Shown piece after piece: positions 20,393-30,736 of a stretch of DNA of 64,000 nucleotides; the stretch's first letter is position 1, and each line of letters starts with the position of its first letter. The notes beneath the pieces are model-generated. The model was not told the DNA's origin, ran no database searches, and saw only the letters and a list, made by a program, of their open reading frames with translations. The stretch comes from an uncultured Acidobacteriota bacterium (GTDB lineage: Bacteria > Acidobacteriota > Thermoanaerobaculia > UBA5066 > Gp7-AA6). Where the stretch lies: positions 164,284-228,283 of the forward strand of contig CAWALG010000030.1 of assembly GCA_963782815.1 (NCBI GenBank). Reading direction: 5' to 3'. Both the position numbers and the translations under genes were made by a program.

Positions 20393-21268
20393 TCAGGGCC
20401 GAGAGGATGGAGGGGGCACGGCCCCCGCGGGCATCCGGGAGTCTTCCCACTTCAGCTTCGTGTAGTCGAATGCCCCGAACTCGCCGGTGTTGAATTTCAC
20501 GATGTCGAAATAGGGGGAGAGGTCGAAATCGCGCGGGACGCAAAGCGTCGGATGCCGCGCGCGAAGCAGGCCGCTGTAGGCGCGGCGCGTAGGGCGGCCG
20601 AGGACCATCTGCTTGAACTTCTCGCCCGTGGTTTCCGGCTTCCAGGGCAGGTGCGCGGGCAGGATCGGGAATCCCACCTTCCCGAAGGCCTCGGCCAGGA
20701 GAGTCGAGCAGATCGTCTCGGTTTCGACGCCGCTGCCGAAGTGGAGAGCATCCTCCTTCAACTTCAGCGGGATCAGGTGGAAGGGGAGGAGATACCGAGC
20801 GAGCTCCAGGAAATTGCGGCGGTCGTAGGTGTGGCCGATCCGCGAAATCACGTACTCCAGGATGACCTCGAGGTCCTCGGGGCGCAGGCCGATCGGCCGG
20901 CAGATCCGGAGATTCAGGTCCATGTACTTCACGACCGGCGAGGCAATGACACCTCTCTCGACGAGCGCCTCGACGATCAGGAATCGCGCCTCGCGCCCGA
21001 ACTGGCGGTTGAGCCGGGCGCGCAACTCGGGCTTGCGCCGCAGGAGAGCGTCGCCGATGTAGATCGCGCTGTGCGACCACGTGGACGTCGTCAGGTACTT
21101 GACGGCCTGGGAGACGCGCTGGTCTCCGTCGACGAGGAGAACGTCGCCGGCCTGGAGCGTGGCTTTGAGCTTGACCGGGTCGTTGTAGACGAAGCGGTGG
21201 TAACGCCTGCGGCGCCGGGTGATCTGATCGAGGAACCAGTCGGAGAGGACTCGCCGCGGGGAACGCAT
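20393..21268 (-). CDS. YiiX/YebB-like permuted papain-like (NlpC/P60) amidase
   Basis: LQAGDVLL, TWSHSAIYIG (His), TICSTLLAEAF (Cys after His = permuted order), PRDFDLSPYF. Confidence 0.8.
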   Translation of the reverse strand: MRSPRRVLSDWFLDQITRRRRRYHRFVYNDPVKLKATLQAGDVLLVDGDQRVSQAVKYLTTSTWSHSAIYIGDALLRRKPELRARLNRQFGREARFLIVEALVERGVIASPVVKYMDLNLRICRPIGLRPEDLEVILEYVISRIGHTYDRRNFLELARYLLPFHLIPLKLKEDALHFGSGVETETICSTLLAEAFGKVGFPILPAHLPWKPETTGEKFKQMVLGRPTRRAYSGLLRARHPTLCVPRDFDLSPYFDIVKFNTGEFGAFDYTKLKWEDSRMPAGAVPPPSSRP

Positions 21269-21300
21269 TTTCCGTGACACCTTCAACCTGACACCTGTTC

Positions 21301-22377
21301 CTATGGCTTTTCTCGCTTGTACAGGTACGCGGACTCCAGGAGCCGGGCTCCGGAGGCGTCGGCGCACGCGCGTAGTCGCCCTCCCGGACCAGAGCGCGGC
21401 GCCCGCGAACTCCCCCTTCTTGTTGACGACGTAGAAGTTGATGTTGAAGCCGGTCTTCAAGCCGGCCGCGGCGCGTCCTGGTTCTCCCTGGCGAGCGCCG
21501 AGATCCGCTCGAGCGTCTTCAGCGCGGCTTCCTCCGGCGACTTGCCCTGGCGCAGGAACTCGACGACCGTATGGGAGCCGCAGGAACGCAGGTTCCCCTC
21601 GCCCCAGCCGGTCGAGCCGCAGGCGCCGACTTCGCCCGTCCACGTAGAGGCCCGCCCCGATCACGGGGGAGTCGCCCAGGCGCCCCGGGACCTTGAAGAA
21701 GAGGCCGGAGGTCGTCGTCGTCCCGACGATGTCTCCGTCCTTCGTCACCGCGTTGCAGTTGATCGTGCCCTGGGGCCGGAAGTCGGAGGCTCCGAACTTC
21801 TGGATGAACCAGCGGATGTCGGGGTCCTTCTCCTCCTCGTCGCCGGCCTCGATCCAGTCGTCGTGGCCGGAGAGCTTCTCCTTCCAGTAGAGCCAGATCT
21901 TCCGGCTCCTTTCGGTCAGGAGGTTCTCCTCCTTGAAGCCGTGAGCCCTGGCGAACTTGAGCGCGCCCGGTCCGACGAGGAAGACGCGGTTGGTCCGCTC
22001 CATGACGAGGCGCGCCACTTTCGACGGGTTCTTGATGTTCTCCAGCGCGCCGACGGCTCCCGCCTTCATGGTGCGCCCGTCCATGACGGAGGCGTCGAGC
22101 TGGACGACCCCTTCTTCGTTGGGGATGCCGCCGTACCCGACCGTGACGTCGTCCGGGTCGTCCTCGACGATGTTGACCCCGGAAATGACGGCGTCCAGCG
22201 GATCGCCTCCCGACGCGAGCACGGAATAGGCCTTCTCCACCGCTCGCAAACCGTTGGCCGAGGAAACGACCACGGGCCGCGAGGCCGCAGCGGTTTCGCC
22301 GCTGTTCCCTTGAGCTGCGCCGCCAGAGGCAGGAACGCGGCGCTCTTGAGGAGGTCCCGCCGGCTCGGACTTGTCAT
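21301..22377 (-). CDS. Tat-exported N(4)-(beta-N-acetylglucosaminyl)-L-asparaginase (Ntn hydrolase), about 3 frameshifts
   Basis: Tat motif SRRDLLK; TVGYGGIPNEEGVVQLDASVMDG, GTINC (catalytic Thr), GRLGDSPVIGAGLY. Confidence 0.82.
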
Positions 22378-22421
22378 GGACGCATCACCCGATCACCCGA
22401 AATGACGCGAAGCCCGATTCC

Positions 22422-22829
22422 TTACTCGTCCGGCAGCTCCGGCTCCTCCTGGATCTCCCTCCTGGTTCCCGGAGCGAGCAGGTCCATGATCAGGTCGGGA
22501 AGCCTCTCGGAGAACTCGCTGCGCGGCATGACGCGCGTCACGCCGGAGGACTCGGCGCGCAGGGCCAGATCGCGATCCACGTGGGAGAGGAACCCGATGA
22601 TGGGCAGGTCCCGTGTCGCCGCGTCCGCGCGCAGCTCCGTCACCGCGTCGAGCGGGTTGCCGTTGGCCGACAGGTCGAGGAGCACCGCGGCGGTCTTTCC
22701 GTCCCGGCAGGTCTTCGCGAGGTCGCCGGCCCCGGTGAAGCGCAGCGGGACGTTCAGGTGACGCGCCGTCGCCTCGATCTTCGAACGGAAGAAGAGGTCG
22801 TCCAGACAGGCCACGAGTGTCTTGCCCAT
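22422..22829 (-). CDS. Stand-alone receiver (CheY-like) domain protein
   Basis: ACLDDLFF acidic pair, VLLDL phospho-acceptor, GFLSH; the conserved Lys position reads PRS. Confidence 0.7.
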   Translation of the reverse strand: MGKTLVACLDDLFFRSKIEATARHLNVPLRFTGAGDLAKTCRDGKTAAVLLDLSANGNPLDAVTELRADAATRDLPIIGFLSHVDRDLALRAESSGVTRVMPRSEFSERLPDLIMDLLAPGTRREIQEEPELPDE

Positions 22830-22878
22830 GAGTGGAGTGATTCTAGTACGACATTCGGTTGTCGCAAGCCAGCCGTGT

Positions 22879-24002
22879 TCAGAACATCTTGACGAGATCG
22901 ACAATGACCCGGTTCAGAGTGTTCTGCAGATCGAGTCTCTTCTGAAATACGACCGTGGCCTGGACGAAAACCTGAGGGAGAATCGTGACGCCGACGCCCG
23001 CCCGGCTGCCGCGGTACCAGGAGTGAAACCACCAGTCGTCGGTCGTGTAGGCGCCGAGCACGGCGTCTCGCTCGACGTACTGGTACGTGTAGAAGACGCG
23101 CCAGTCTCCGGGGTTGCCCAGCCGGCCGGCGGACACGGTGCCTTCGAAGGCCGACTTCTCGTCGGTGGCCTCATCGGCAACCCCGAGATTGACGGCGCCA
23201 TCGAGGCCCACGGTCATCGGAACCTTCCCGACGGGCGAATCGCAACCGGACGAGAGCGTCCACGATGCGGAAACGCGACACGTAGACCCGCTCGCCGGCG
23301 ACGATCTTCGAGTAGTTCTGGCGGATATAGACCGGCTTGAGATCGTCCGGGTCGAAGTGCCAGTACGATCCCGCGGCTTCCAGGGCGAGCCTGCCGGGGT
23401 CTCCGGTGCGGAACACGATCTGTCCCGCGCCGATGCGGGTATGGTCCCCGTCCCGCTGCGGGCCGTAGAAGCCCGCCGCGGCCAGAGTGAGGGTGGAAGT
23501 CCCGCCGGCCTTGATCTCCCATGCCGCGGCCGCGCCCGGGGTCTGGATGTCGCGGTCCCAGATCATCTCGGTTGAAACGAGCGGCATCCCGAAAGCGCCG
23601 GCCAGGACGCGTGAGCTGGCCGGGCTTCCCCTCCAGGTAATACCGCTCGATCGAGGCTCCTCGCGAGCGATAGTTGTCGAAGTTCTTCGGGTTGTCCTCG
23701 TTGTGGTCCGATCCGAGGTCGCCGATGGCGCGGACACCGACCTTGAAGCGGTCGGAAAAGACCAGGTCGAGCTCCGGCCGGACCTCGAGCCGGATCCTCT
23801 CGATCTCGGGACGAAAATGAAGGTGATCGATGAGGTCGTAGCGCGCGAGCGCATCCCACAGGAAGGCGACGTGCGGCTTCTCCGAAGGGGGCGAGAAGAA
23901 CTGCTCCTCCTGCGCGGCAGCCGGGCCGGCGGGAGAAAGGAATGCCGTAGCGAGCAGGAGCGGGAAGACTCGGACGACGGCTGGCCGCGTCAATCCAACC
24001 AA
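22879..24002 (-). CDS. Putative outer-membrane beta-barrel porin, 2 frameshifts
   Basis: Signal peptide, alternating amphipathic strands, DAVLGAYTTDDWW, C-terminal Phe (VDLVKMF). Confidence 0.65.
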
Positions 24003-24021
24003 GATCCAGAGTCCGAAATCG

Positions 24022-26161
24022 CTAGGCCGTCACTTTCGTCAGCGCCTCGTAGAGCTGATTGACGCTCTGGAAACGGGCGGCGGGGTCCTTCTGCATGCAT
24101 TTCAGGATGATAGCCGCAATCTTGGGATCGATCCTCGGATTCTTCGCCTGCGGGGAAGGCGGGTTGTCCTGCACGTGCTTCAGGACGACGGCGAGCGGCG
24201 TGTCCCCCTCGAAGGGGAGCATGCCCGTGAAGAGCTCGTAGAGGACGACGCCCGTCGAGTAGATGTCGGAGCGGAAGTCGAGCGCCAGGCCGCGGGCCTG
24301 CTCGGGCGACATGTAGTCGGGCGTGCCGACGACCGTGCCCGTGGACGTCATTCCCCGGTCCTGGGTCAGCCGCGCGATGCCGAAGTCCATCACCTTCAAA
24401 CCGCCCGTCGGTTCGATGATGATGTTCTGCGGCTTGATGTCGCGGTGGATGACCCCGACCTCGTGCGCCGCCGCCAGGCCCGCGCAGATCTGCTTGGCGA
24501 TCCGCAGCGCCACGGGCACGGGGATCAGCTGGTCCTGCTCGACGAGATGCTTCAGCGTGATCCCCTTGACGAACTCCATCGAGAGGTAACGCAGGCCGTT
24601 GGTCTCCCCGAGGTCGTGCGTGCGCAGGATGTTGGGGTGCGTGATCTTGCGCGCCAGGCGGATCTCCTGCTTGAAGCGGTCGAGCAGCGACGGGTCGGCC
24701 GAGAGCGCGTCGCTGCGCAGCGTCTTGATCGCGACGACGTCGTCGAGGTCCCGGTCATGAGCCTTGTACACGATGCCCATGCCCCCCTGTCCGAGGACCG
24801 ACTGGATCTCGTAGCGGGAGGCGAAGAGCTGGCCGACCTGGGGCTCGTAGCCCTTCGCCTGGCCGGAGGCGCCGCCCGGCTCCGAGGGTTGCCCCGACGC
24901 GGCCGGCCATGACGGTCTCGGCATCGGTGCGAGCGTTCAGCGACAGAGACCGGACGTACTCCTCCAGCGCCGCCTTCTCCTTCAACTCCTCGAGCATGGC
25001 GTTGAAGGAGCGGGCGAGGATGCCGATCTCGTCCCTGGACTCCACGGGCAGGTCCACCGCGTCCAGGTTCCCCACGCGGACTTCTTCGGTCGCGCGCACG
25101 AGCCGGTCCACGGGACCCGTGATGCGCCGCGCCAGCACGAAGGAGAGGACGAACGCGATGAGCAGCGCCAACAGGCCCACGAGCACCTGCGTGTTCTGGA
25201 TCTGCCGGAAAGCCGCGAGCTCCTTTTCGCGGCTTCGCAGGGCGACCGCGGCCCCCACGAGCTGGTCGGTCGAGGAGCGGATCGGCAGGAAGTACCCGAG
25301 ATAGGTGTCGCCGGAGACCTCGAGCGGGAGCGGGCCGATCGTCTTGCCCTGGCGGAAGACCGCGTCCACGAGCCCGGCGTTCCGCTTGACGGCCTCGACC
25401 ACGGCCGGGCTCGCGTCCTGCATCGTCGTGCCCGCGACGGCGGGCAGCGGCCGCTCGGAAGGCTTCGCGTCGTCGGCCAGGAAAACGACTTCGGTGTTCA
25501 TCAGGGACTTCAAGTTGCGCGCCACGTCGTCGTTGATCTGGAAGGCCGCTCCGATCACGCCGACGACGCGGCTTCCGCCCTCGACGACCGGCTCGGCGAC
25601 GACGTGGTAGAGCTTGCCGCCCGAGACCCAGATTCCCTGCGTGCCCTCGCCGGCGAGCGCTCCGGCGATCGTGGGGACGGCAGACAGGTCGGCCGAATAG
25701 CCGAGCGGCTTGTCGGTGCGCGCGAAGACGATCCCCTTGCGGTCCGCCGCGAGCAGGAAGTCGGCCCGCGCGTTGGACGCCTGCTCGGCTTTGAGCGTGT
25801 CGATGGTCGTCGCCGGGGAGAGCGGGTCGAGCGTCATGAGGCTGATGATTCCCGGGTTGCTGACGACGACGCCGAGGGCGCGGTGGAGCTCGCCGTAGCG
25901 GTTCTGCTGGAACGATTCCCAGGCGGGACCCGACTTCTTCAGGTCGTCGGCGATCTTCGCGTCCGCCACGCGCCGGGCGCGGTACGTCGAGACCGCGATC
26001 GCGCCGCCGATCGCGATCAGGATGAGCAACGCGGCCGCGAGAAAGATCTTGAAGGAGAGAGAGAAGCGGGGCGGCGCCGGCGGGGGCAGCTTCAGACCCA
26101 CGCGCACGGGCGGCCCGGCCTCCGTCGCGCCCGTCGTCCGGCGCGGCTCAGTACCGCTCAT
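24022..26161 (-). CDS. Membrane sensor: TM-periplasmic (Cache-like)-TM-HAMP fused to Hanks-type Ser/Thr kinase, frameshift near 24850
   Basis: Two TM helices; HAMP ITGPVDRL...DEIGILARSFNAM; kinase LGQGGMGIV, VAIK, HRDIKPQN, DFG, GTPDYMSPEQ. Confidence 0.88.
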
Positions 26162-26813
26162 CGTCCGTTCCGGCTCCGGGCGGATAGTCCTTGCCGTACT
26201 TGTTCTTGTGCGGGAGCGGCTTGTAGTTGGTCGCGTCCAGGCGGATCGCCAGCGGCGCGTCCGATCCGCCGGAGACCGTCACCGGCGTCTGCGTCTCTCC
26301 CGCCTCCTCGTGCCAGACCTTGACGACGTGGGCTCCCGGCGGGACGCCCTGGAACCGGAACGAGCCGTCCGGCCCGGTCACGGCGGCGAAGTCCGAGTCC
26401 ACGACCATCACGAAGCCGACCATCTGGGGGTGGATGTTGCAGTACACGCGCACGAGTCCCGGGTCTTCGAACTTCTTCTCTTTCGCGACGCCGCTCCGGT
26501 AGAGGCCGAGGTCGAACCGGTTGGCCCCCGAGACGGAGAAGACGTTGTGGTAGATCGCGTCCGCGTTGGGGAACTGCACTGTCGCGTTCTTGCGCACGAC
26601 GATGGCGCGCGGGGCGAATCGTTTCTGCTCGCTCTTCATCTCGCCCTGCGCCGCCGGGCTGCCGCCGCCGTGAAGGCGCTCGATCCAGACGATTGCGTTG
26701 GCCGCATCCGGCGCGGGAACACCCGCCCGGACGAGCACGACGCGGCCTTCGACCACGCCCCCGGCCGGTGGCGGAGAGAGCGCGAGGAGAAGGGAAAAGC
26801 AGAGCGCGATCAT
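26148..26813 (-). CDS. Secreted cupredoxin-like protein with C-terminal carboxypeptidase-regulatory-like (prealbumin-fold) segment
   Basis: Signal peptide; FPNADAIYHNVFS and YCNIHPQM give the His...Cys-x2-His-x2-Met type-1 copper pattern; GPDGSFRFQGVPPG. Confidence 0.7.
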   Translation of the reverse strand: MIALCFSLLLALSPPPAGGVVEGRVVLVRAGVPAPDAANAIVWIERLHGGGSPAAQGEMKSEQKRFAPRAIVVRKNATVQFPNADAIYHNVFSVSGANRFDLGLYRSGVAKEKKFEDPGLVRVYCNIHPQMVGFVMVVDSDFAAVTGPDGSFRFQGVPPGAHVVKVWHEEAGETQTPVTVSGGSDAPLAIRLDATNYKPLPHKNKYGKDYPPGAGTDDERY

Positions 26814-26897
26814 CGGGTCCTGGCCTGAAAAAATCATAGCATCCGGCCTTCGGGAGCCGTTTCCGCATGCCGGGTTAAGATCAGGCGGGAGGAAGCG

Positions 26898-27122
26898 ATG
26901 ACCGCCGAACCCGTGGAGATCTTCGGAAAGGACACCTGACCCTACACGACCGCGGCCCGTGAGGACTACGCGAAGAGGAAAATTCCCTTCACCTACATCA
27001 ACGTCAAGGACGACAAGAAGGAGCTGGACCGGATGGTCCGCCTCTCCGGAGAGCGCCGTGTCCCCGTCATCGTCGAAGGCGGCAAGGTCACTATCGGCTT
27101 CGGCGGAACGTGAGGGGTGTAG
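26898..27122 (+). CDS. Glutaredoxin-like UXX-star-type selenoprotein, 74 aa with two in-frame UGA (Sec) codons
   Basis: MTAEPVEIFGKDT[U]PYTTAAREDYAKRKIPFTYINVKDDKKELDRMVRLSGERRVPVIVEGGKVTIGFGGT[U]GV*; TGA at 26937 and 27111, TAG at 27120; GGAGG RBS; absent from the ORF track. Confidence 0.85.
26951..26972 (+). promoter_or_regulatory. Candidate bacterial SECIS for the first UGA
   Basis: CGCG/CGCG lower stem, CC/GG upper stem, G-initial GUGA loop 19 nt after the UGA; folded by eye. Confidence 0.5.
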
Positions 27123-27142
27123 GCGCCCCGTCGGGGCGCCTA
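27120..27142 (+). promoter_or_regulatory. Candidate bacterial SECIS for the second UGA
   Basis: Perfect 10-bp stem TAGGCGCCCC/GGGGCGCCTA with G-initial loop GTC 16 nt after the UGA; no U-tract follows. Confidence 0.6.
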
Positions 27143-27147
27143 TCGGT

Positions 27148-27192
27148 GATTGGTGATTTCCGCGCTCTGGTCCAATCACAAATCACAAATCG
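27148..27192. repeat. Inverted heptamer block (GTGATT arms / AATCACA arms)
   Basis: gtgattggtgattt ... ccaatcacaaatcacaaatc. Confidence 0.7.
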
Positions 27193-27262
27193 AAACCTGA
27201 AGGAAATCCCTTCCTGTAGAGGCTGGGCCGTGCTAGAAAGCGCCTAACTCACTGGAGGCAAG

Positions 27263-29278
27263 ATGGCACAGGAGTCCGGCCAGGAGTTCCGTCCGTACAT
27301 CAGCTCGGAGCAGAAGGTCGCCGAGTTCACGCCGAAGGCGATCGTGCTCGGAGTTCTCTTCGGCATTCTGTTCGGCGCGGCCACGGTCTATCTCGCGCTG
27401 CGGGCGGGGTTGACGGTCTCGGCCTCCGTGCCGATCGCGGTGCTCGCGATCGCCGTTTTCAAGAAGCTCGGCAAATCCACGATCCTCGAGAACAACATCG
27501 TGCAGACGATCGGCTCGGCCGGAGAGTCGGTCGCGGCGGGAACCGTCTTCACCGTCCCGGCCCTGCTCTTCCTGGCCGGCGGCGGGGACTACTTCCAGTA
27601 CGTCCAGATTACGATCCTCGCGATCTTCGGCGGCGTGCTCGGCGTCCTCTTCATGGTGCCGCTGCGCCGCGCGCTCATCGTCAAGGAGCATGGCAAGCTC
27701 CCGTATCCGGAGGGAACCGCATGCGCCGACGTGCTGATCGCCGGCGAGAAGGGGGGCGACCTCGCCCGGATGGTCTTTGCCGGCGTCGGCGCGTCGCTTC
27801 TCTACAAGTTCCTCTACGGAGTCCTGGGCCTCTGGAACGAGACGGCCACCTGGTTTCGGACCAAGAAGGAGTCGGTCTATCCGGCCGCGACCCTGAACGT
27901 GGATGTGACGCCCGAGTACCTGGGACTGGGTTACATCATCGGGCCGCGGATCGCCGGCGAGCTCTTCTCGGGAGGCCTGCTCGCCTGGATGGCTCTGATC
28001 CCGCTCATCGCCATCTTCGTGCCGGAGACCCGCCTCGTGGACGACCTGACCAAGCTCGGGTTCTCCGAGGGGTGGCGCAACGGACACTCCTACGCCGAGT
28101 GGATCTACCGGGCCTACATCCGCTACATCGGAGCCGGGGCGGTGGCGTGCGCGGGAGTCATGACCCTCATCAAGTCGCTGCCCACGATCGTCGGGGCCTT
28201 CCGCGAGTCGGTCAAGAGCTTCGGCGAGGGCCGGCGGGGAGCCGTGAAGAAACGGACCGAGGACGACCTCGGCATGGGCATCGTCATCATCGGATCGCTC
28301 ATCCTGGTGCTGCTCCTCGCCGTGATCCCCAAGTTTCCCCACGGCCCATTCCCCCAGTCGCTCCTGATGTCGCTCCTGATCGTGATCTTCGGCTTCTTCT
28401 TCGTGACGGTGTCCTCGCGCATCGTCGGCATCATCGGGACTTCCTCCAACCCGATCTCCGGAATGACGATCGCCACGCTCATGGCGACCTGCATCGTGTT
28501 CGTCGTGATCGGCTGGAAGGGGGACGTCTATCAGGCTGTCGCGCTTTCCGTCGGCGCGATCGTGTGCGTGGCAGCGGCCAATGCCGGCGCGACCTCCCAG
28601 GACCTGAAGACCGGCTTCCTCGTGGGCGCCACGCCCAAGCTGCAGCAGTGGGGCTTCATCATCGGGGTCGTGACGTCCGCGTTCGTGATCGCCATCACCC
28701 TCTTCGTCCTGGACCAGACCTACAAGGGGACCGAGCTGCACGGCATCGGGGGCCCGAAGCTCGCCGCGCCGCAGGCCACTCTCATGGCCACGATCATCAA
28801 GGGACTGCTCGCGCAGAACCTTCCGTGGGCGCCGGTTCTCGTCGGCGTCTTCCTCGCCTTCATGGCGCAGCTGGCCGGAGCGCACGCGCTCTCCTGGGCT
28901 GTCGGCGCCTACCTCCCGGTGTCCACGACCGCGCCAATCTGGGTCGGCGGAATGATGAAGCACCTCGTCGATTCGATGAGGAAAAAGAAGGAAGGGGTCG
29001 CCGGAGAGGAGTCGGAGCTCTCCTCCGGGATGCTCTATTCGACGGGTCTCGTCGCGGGCGGCTCGCTCGGCGGCGTGCTGATCGCTTTCGTCGCTTTCTT
29101 TGGCGACCGGGTCTTGAGGATGGAGAAGCCGACGCTCCTGGAGAAGCTGGACCTGGGATCCAAGTTCTTCCCCGACTTCAAGAACGGTCTGATCAGCGGC
29201 AACGTCCTCTGCGCCGTCGTCTTCGCCGTCCTCTGCGTCCTCCTCGTCAAGAACGCGAGAAGGAAGCTCGAAGCGTAG
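27263..29278 (+). CDS. OPT-family oligopeptide transporter
   Basis: [77 protein letters not shown]. Confidence 0.93.
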   Translation: MAQESGQEFRPYISSEQKVAEFTPKAIVLGVLFGILFGAATVYLALRAGLTVSASVPIAVLAIAVFKKLGKSTILENNIVQTIGSAGESVAAGTVFTVPALLFLAGGGDYFQYVQITILAIFGGVLGVLFMVPLRRALIVKEHGKLPYPEGTACADVLIAGEKGGDLARMVFAGVGASLLYKFLYGVLGLWNETATWFRTKKESVYPAATLNVDVTPEYLGLGYIIGPRIAGELFSGGLLAWMALIPLIAIFVPETRLVDDLTKLGFSEGWRNGHSYAEWIYRAYIRYIGAGAVACAGVMTLIKSLPTIVGAFRESVKSFGEGRRGAVKKRTEDDLGMGIVIIGSLILVLLLAVIPKFPHGPFPQSLLMSLLIVIFGFFFVTVSSRIVGIIGTSSNPISGMTIATLMATCIVFVVIGWKGDVYQAVALSVGAIVCVAAANAGATSQDLKTGFLVGATPKLQQWGFIIGVVTSAFVIAITLFVLDQTYKGTELHGIGGPKLAAPQATLMATIIKGLLAQNLPWAPVLVGVFLAFMAQLAGAHALSWAVGAYLPVSTTAPIWVGGMMKHLVDSMRKKKEGVAGEESELSSGMLYSTGLVAGGSLGGVLIAFVAFFGDRVLRMEKPTLLEKLDLGSKFFPDFKNGLISGNVLCAVVFAVLCVLLVKNARRKLEA

Positions 29279-29280
29279 CC

Positions 29281-29393
29281 GTCCCTGTCATCCCTTCGCT
29301 CCCTTCCTGTCATCCTGAGCGCGGCGAAGGATCTGCCCCGGGTTCTGGAGACGAGAGCAGATTCTTCGTCGCTCCGCTCCTCAGAATGACAGG
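29281..29393. repeat. REP-like palindromic element copy 2, with a 25-bp GTCCCTGTCATCCCTTCGCT... extension
   Basis: cctgtcatcctgagcgcggcgaaggatctg...gcagattcttcg...ctcagaatgacagg. Confidence 0.85.
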
Positions 29394-29400
29394 AGGAGTC

Positions 29401-30582
29401 TCAAAGCACTCCGAATTTCTTCCCGACTTTTCGGAAGGCGTCGACGGCGCGGTCGAGATCGGATCGTTCATGCGCGGCGGAGACCTGGCAGCGCAGGCGG
29501 GCCTGGCCCTGCGGGACGACGGGGTAGCCGAATCCGGAGACGTAGACGCCTTCCTCGAAGAGCGCTTTTCCCATCGCGAGCGCCTTCGCGGTGTCTCCGA
29601 CGATGACGGGCACGATCGGGTGCGTGCCTTGAGGGATCCGGAAGCCGGCGTCCGAGATCGCCTTGCGGAAATAGGCCGCGTTGTTCCGCAGCTTTCGGAC
29701 CGGTGCCGGATCCTCGCGCAGCATCCGGAAGGCCTCGAGCGATCCCGCGGCCACGGCCGGCGGCAGCGAGTTGGAGAAGAGATATGTCCGGCTGCGCTGG
29801 CGGAGAGTCTCGATGAGCGCCCTGGGGCCTGTCGTGAAGCCTCCGGCCGCCGATCCCATGGCCTTGCCGAGCGTGCCGGTCGTGACGTCGATCCTGTCCA
29901 TCACGCCCTGTTCCTCGGCCGTGCCGCGCCCGGTCGCGCCGAGAACGCCCGTCGCGTGGGAATCGTCCACCGCGAGGAGGACATCCTTCTCTCCGCAGAT
30001 CCGGGCGAGCTCGACGAGGTCCGCCTCCTCGCCCTCCATCGAGAAGACGCCGTCGGTCATCATCAGGCGGAAGCGCGAGGTCTTGTCCTCCGCGAGCATC
30101 TTCTCGAGCGCCTTCGTGTCGGCGTGCGGGACCTTGTACCGGGTGGCCTTGCAGAGGCGCACGCCGTCGATGATGGACGCGTGGTTCAGCTCGTCGGAGT
30201 AGAGCCCGTCCGGCTCGTCCAGGACCGCGGCGAAGAGGCCCTCGTTCGCGTTCCAGCAGGACATGTAGAGGATCGCGTCGTCGGTCCCGAAGAACGAGGC
30301 GATCTCCGCCTCGAGCTCCCTGTGCAGCTGTTCGGTGCCGCAGATGAAACGCACCGAGGCCATTCCCGCTCCCCACCGGTCGATCGCCTTCTTCTGCGCC
30401 TCGCGGATCCTGGGATGGTTGGCGAATCCCAGGTAGTTGTTCGAGGTCAGCATCACGACCTCGCGCCCGCCAACCCTGACCCGCGCGTCTTGCGGCGACT
30501 GGAGGACCAGTTCCTCCTTGTACGTCCCCGCTTCCCGGAGCTTCGCCATCTCCCCGGCCAGGTGATCAATGAGCTTGTTCAT
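29401..30582 (-). CDS. kbl: Glycine C-acetyltransferase (2-amino-3-ketobutyrate CoA ligase)
   Basis: SNNYLG, GMASVRFICGT, DELNHASIIDG, TDGVFSMEG, DDSHATG, GTLGKA (PLP Lys), RLRCQVSAAH. Confidence 0.93.
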   Translation of the reverse strand: MNKLIDHLAGEMAKLREAGTYKEELVLQSPQDARVRVGGREVVMLTSNNYLGFANHPRIREAQKKAIDRWGAGMASVRFICGTEQLHRELEAEIASFFGTDDAILYMSCWNANEGLFAAVLDEPDGLYSDELNHASIIDGVRLCKATRYKVPHADTKALEKMLAEDKTSRFRLMMTDGVFSMEGEEADLVELARICGEKDVLLAVDDSHATGVLGATGRGTAEEQGVMDRIDVTTGTLGKAMGSAAGGFTTGPRALIETLRQRSRTYLFSNSLPPAVAAGSLEAFRMLREDPAPVRKLRNNAAYFRKAISDAGFRIPQGTHPIVPVIVGDTAKALAMGKALFEEGVYVSGFGYPVVPQGQARLRCQVSAAHERSDLDRAVDAFRKVGKKFGVL

Positions 30583-30600
30583 GTGCGATGGTCTCCCACG

Positions 30601-30710
30601 CCCTGTCATTCTGAGGCCCGCAGGGCCGAAGAATCTGCTCCACTGGATGCGAGAGCAGATCCTTCGCTGCGCTCAGGATGACAGGAAGGAAGCGAAGGGA
30701 TGACAGGGAC
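30601..30710. repeat. REP-like palindromic element copy 3, inverted relative to copy 2
   Basis: 30655-30710 is the reverse complement of 29281-29336 at 54/56 positions. Confidence 0.85.
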
Positions 30711-30736
30711 TCAACTTGCTCTCGACAGGCCTTTCG

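Noticed and set aside
20393-22273. Apparent asparaginase-amidase fusion (626 aa)
   Set aside because: Frameshifts in the asparaginase create read-through; its own stop is at 21301-21303 and the amidase starts at 21268.
27120-27142. Hairpin as an intrinsic terminator
   Set aside because: No U-tract follows, and its spacing from the UGA fits a SECIS better; a dual role is not excluded.
8412-30710. REP-like repeats as a CRISPR array
   Set aside because: Only three dispersed palindromic copies, no regular repeat-spacer units and no cas genes.
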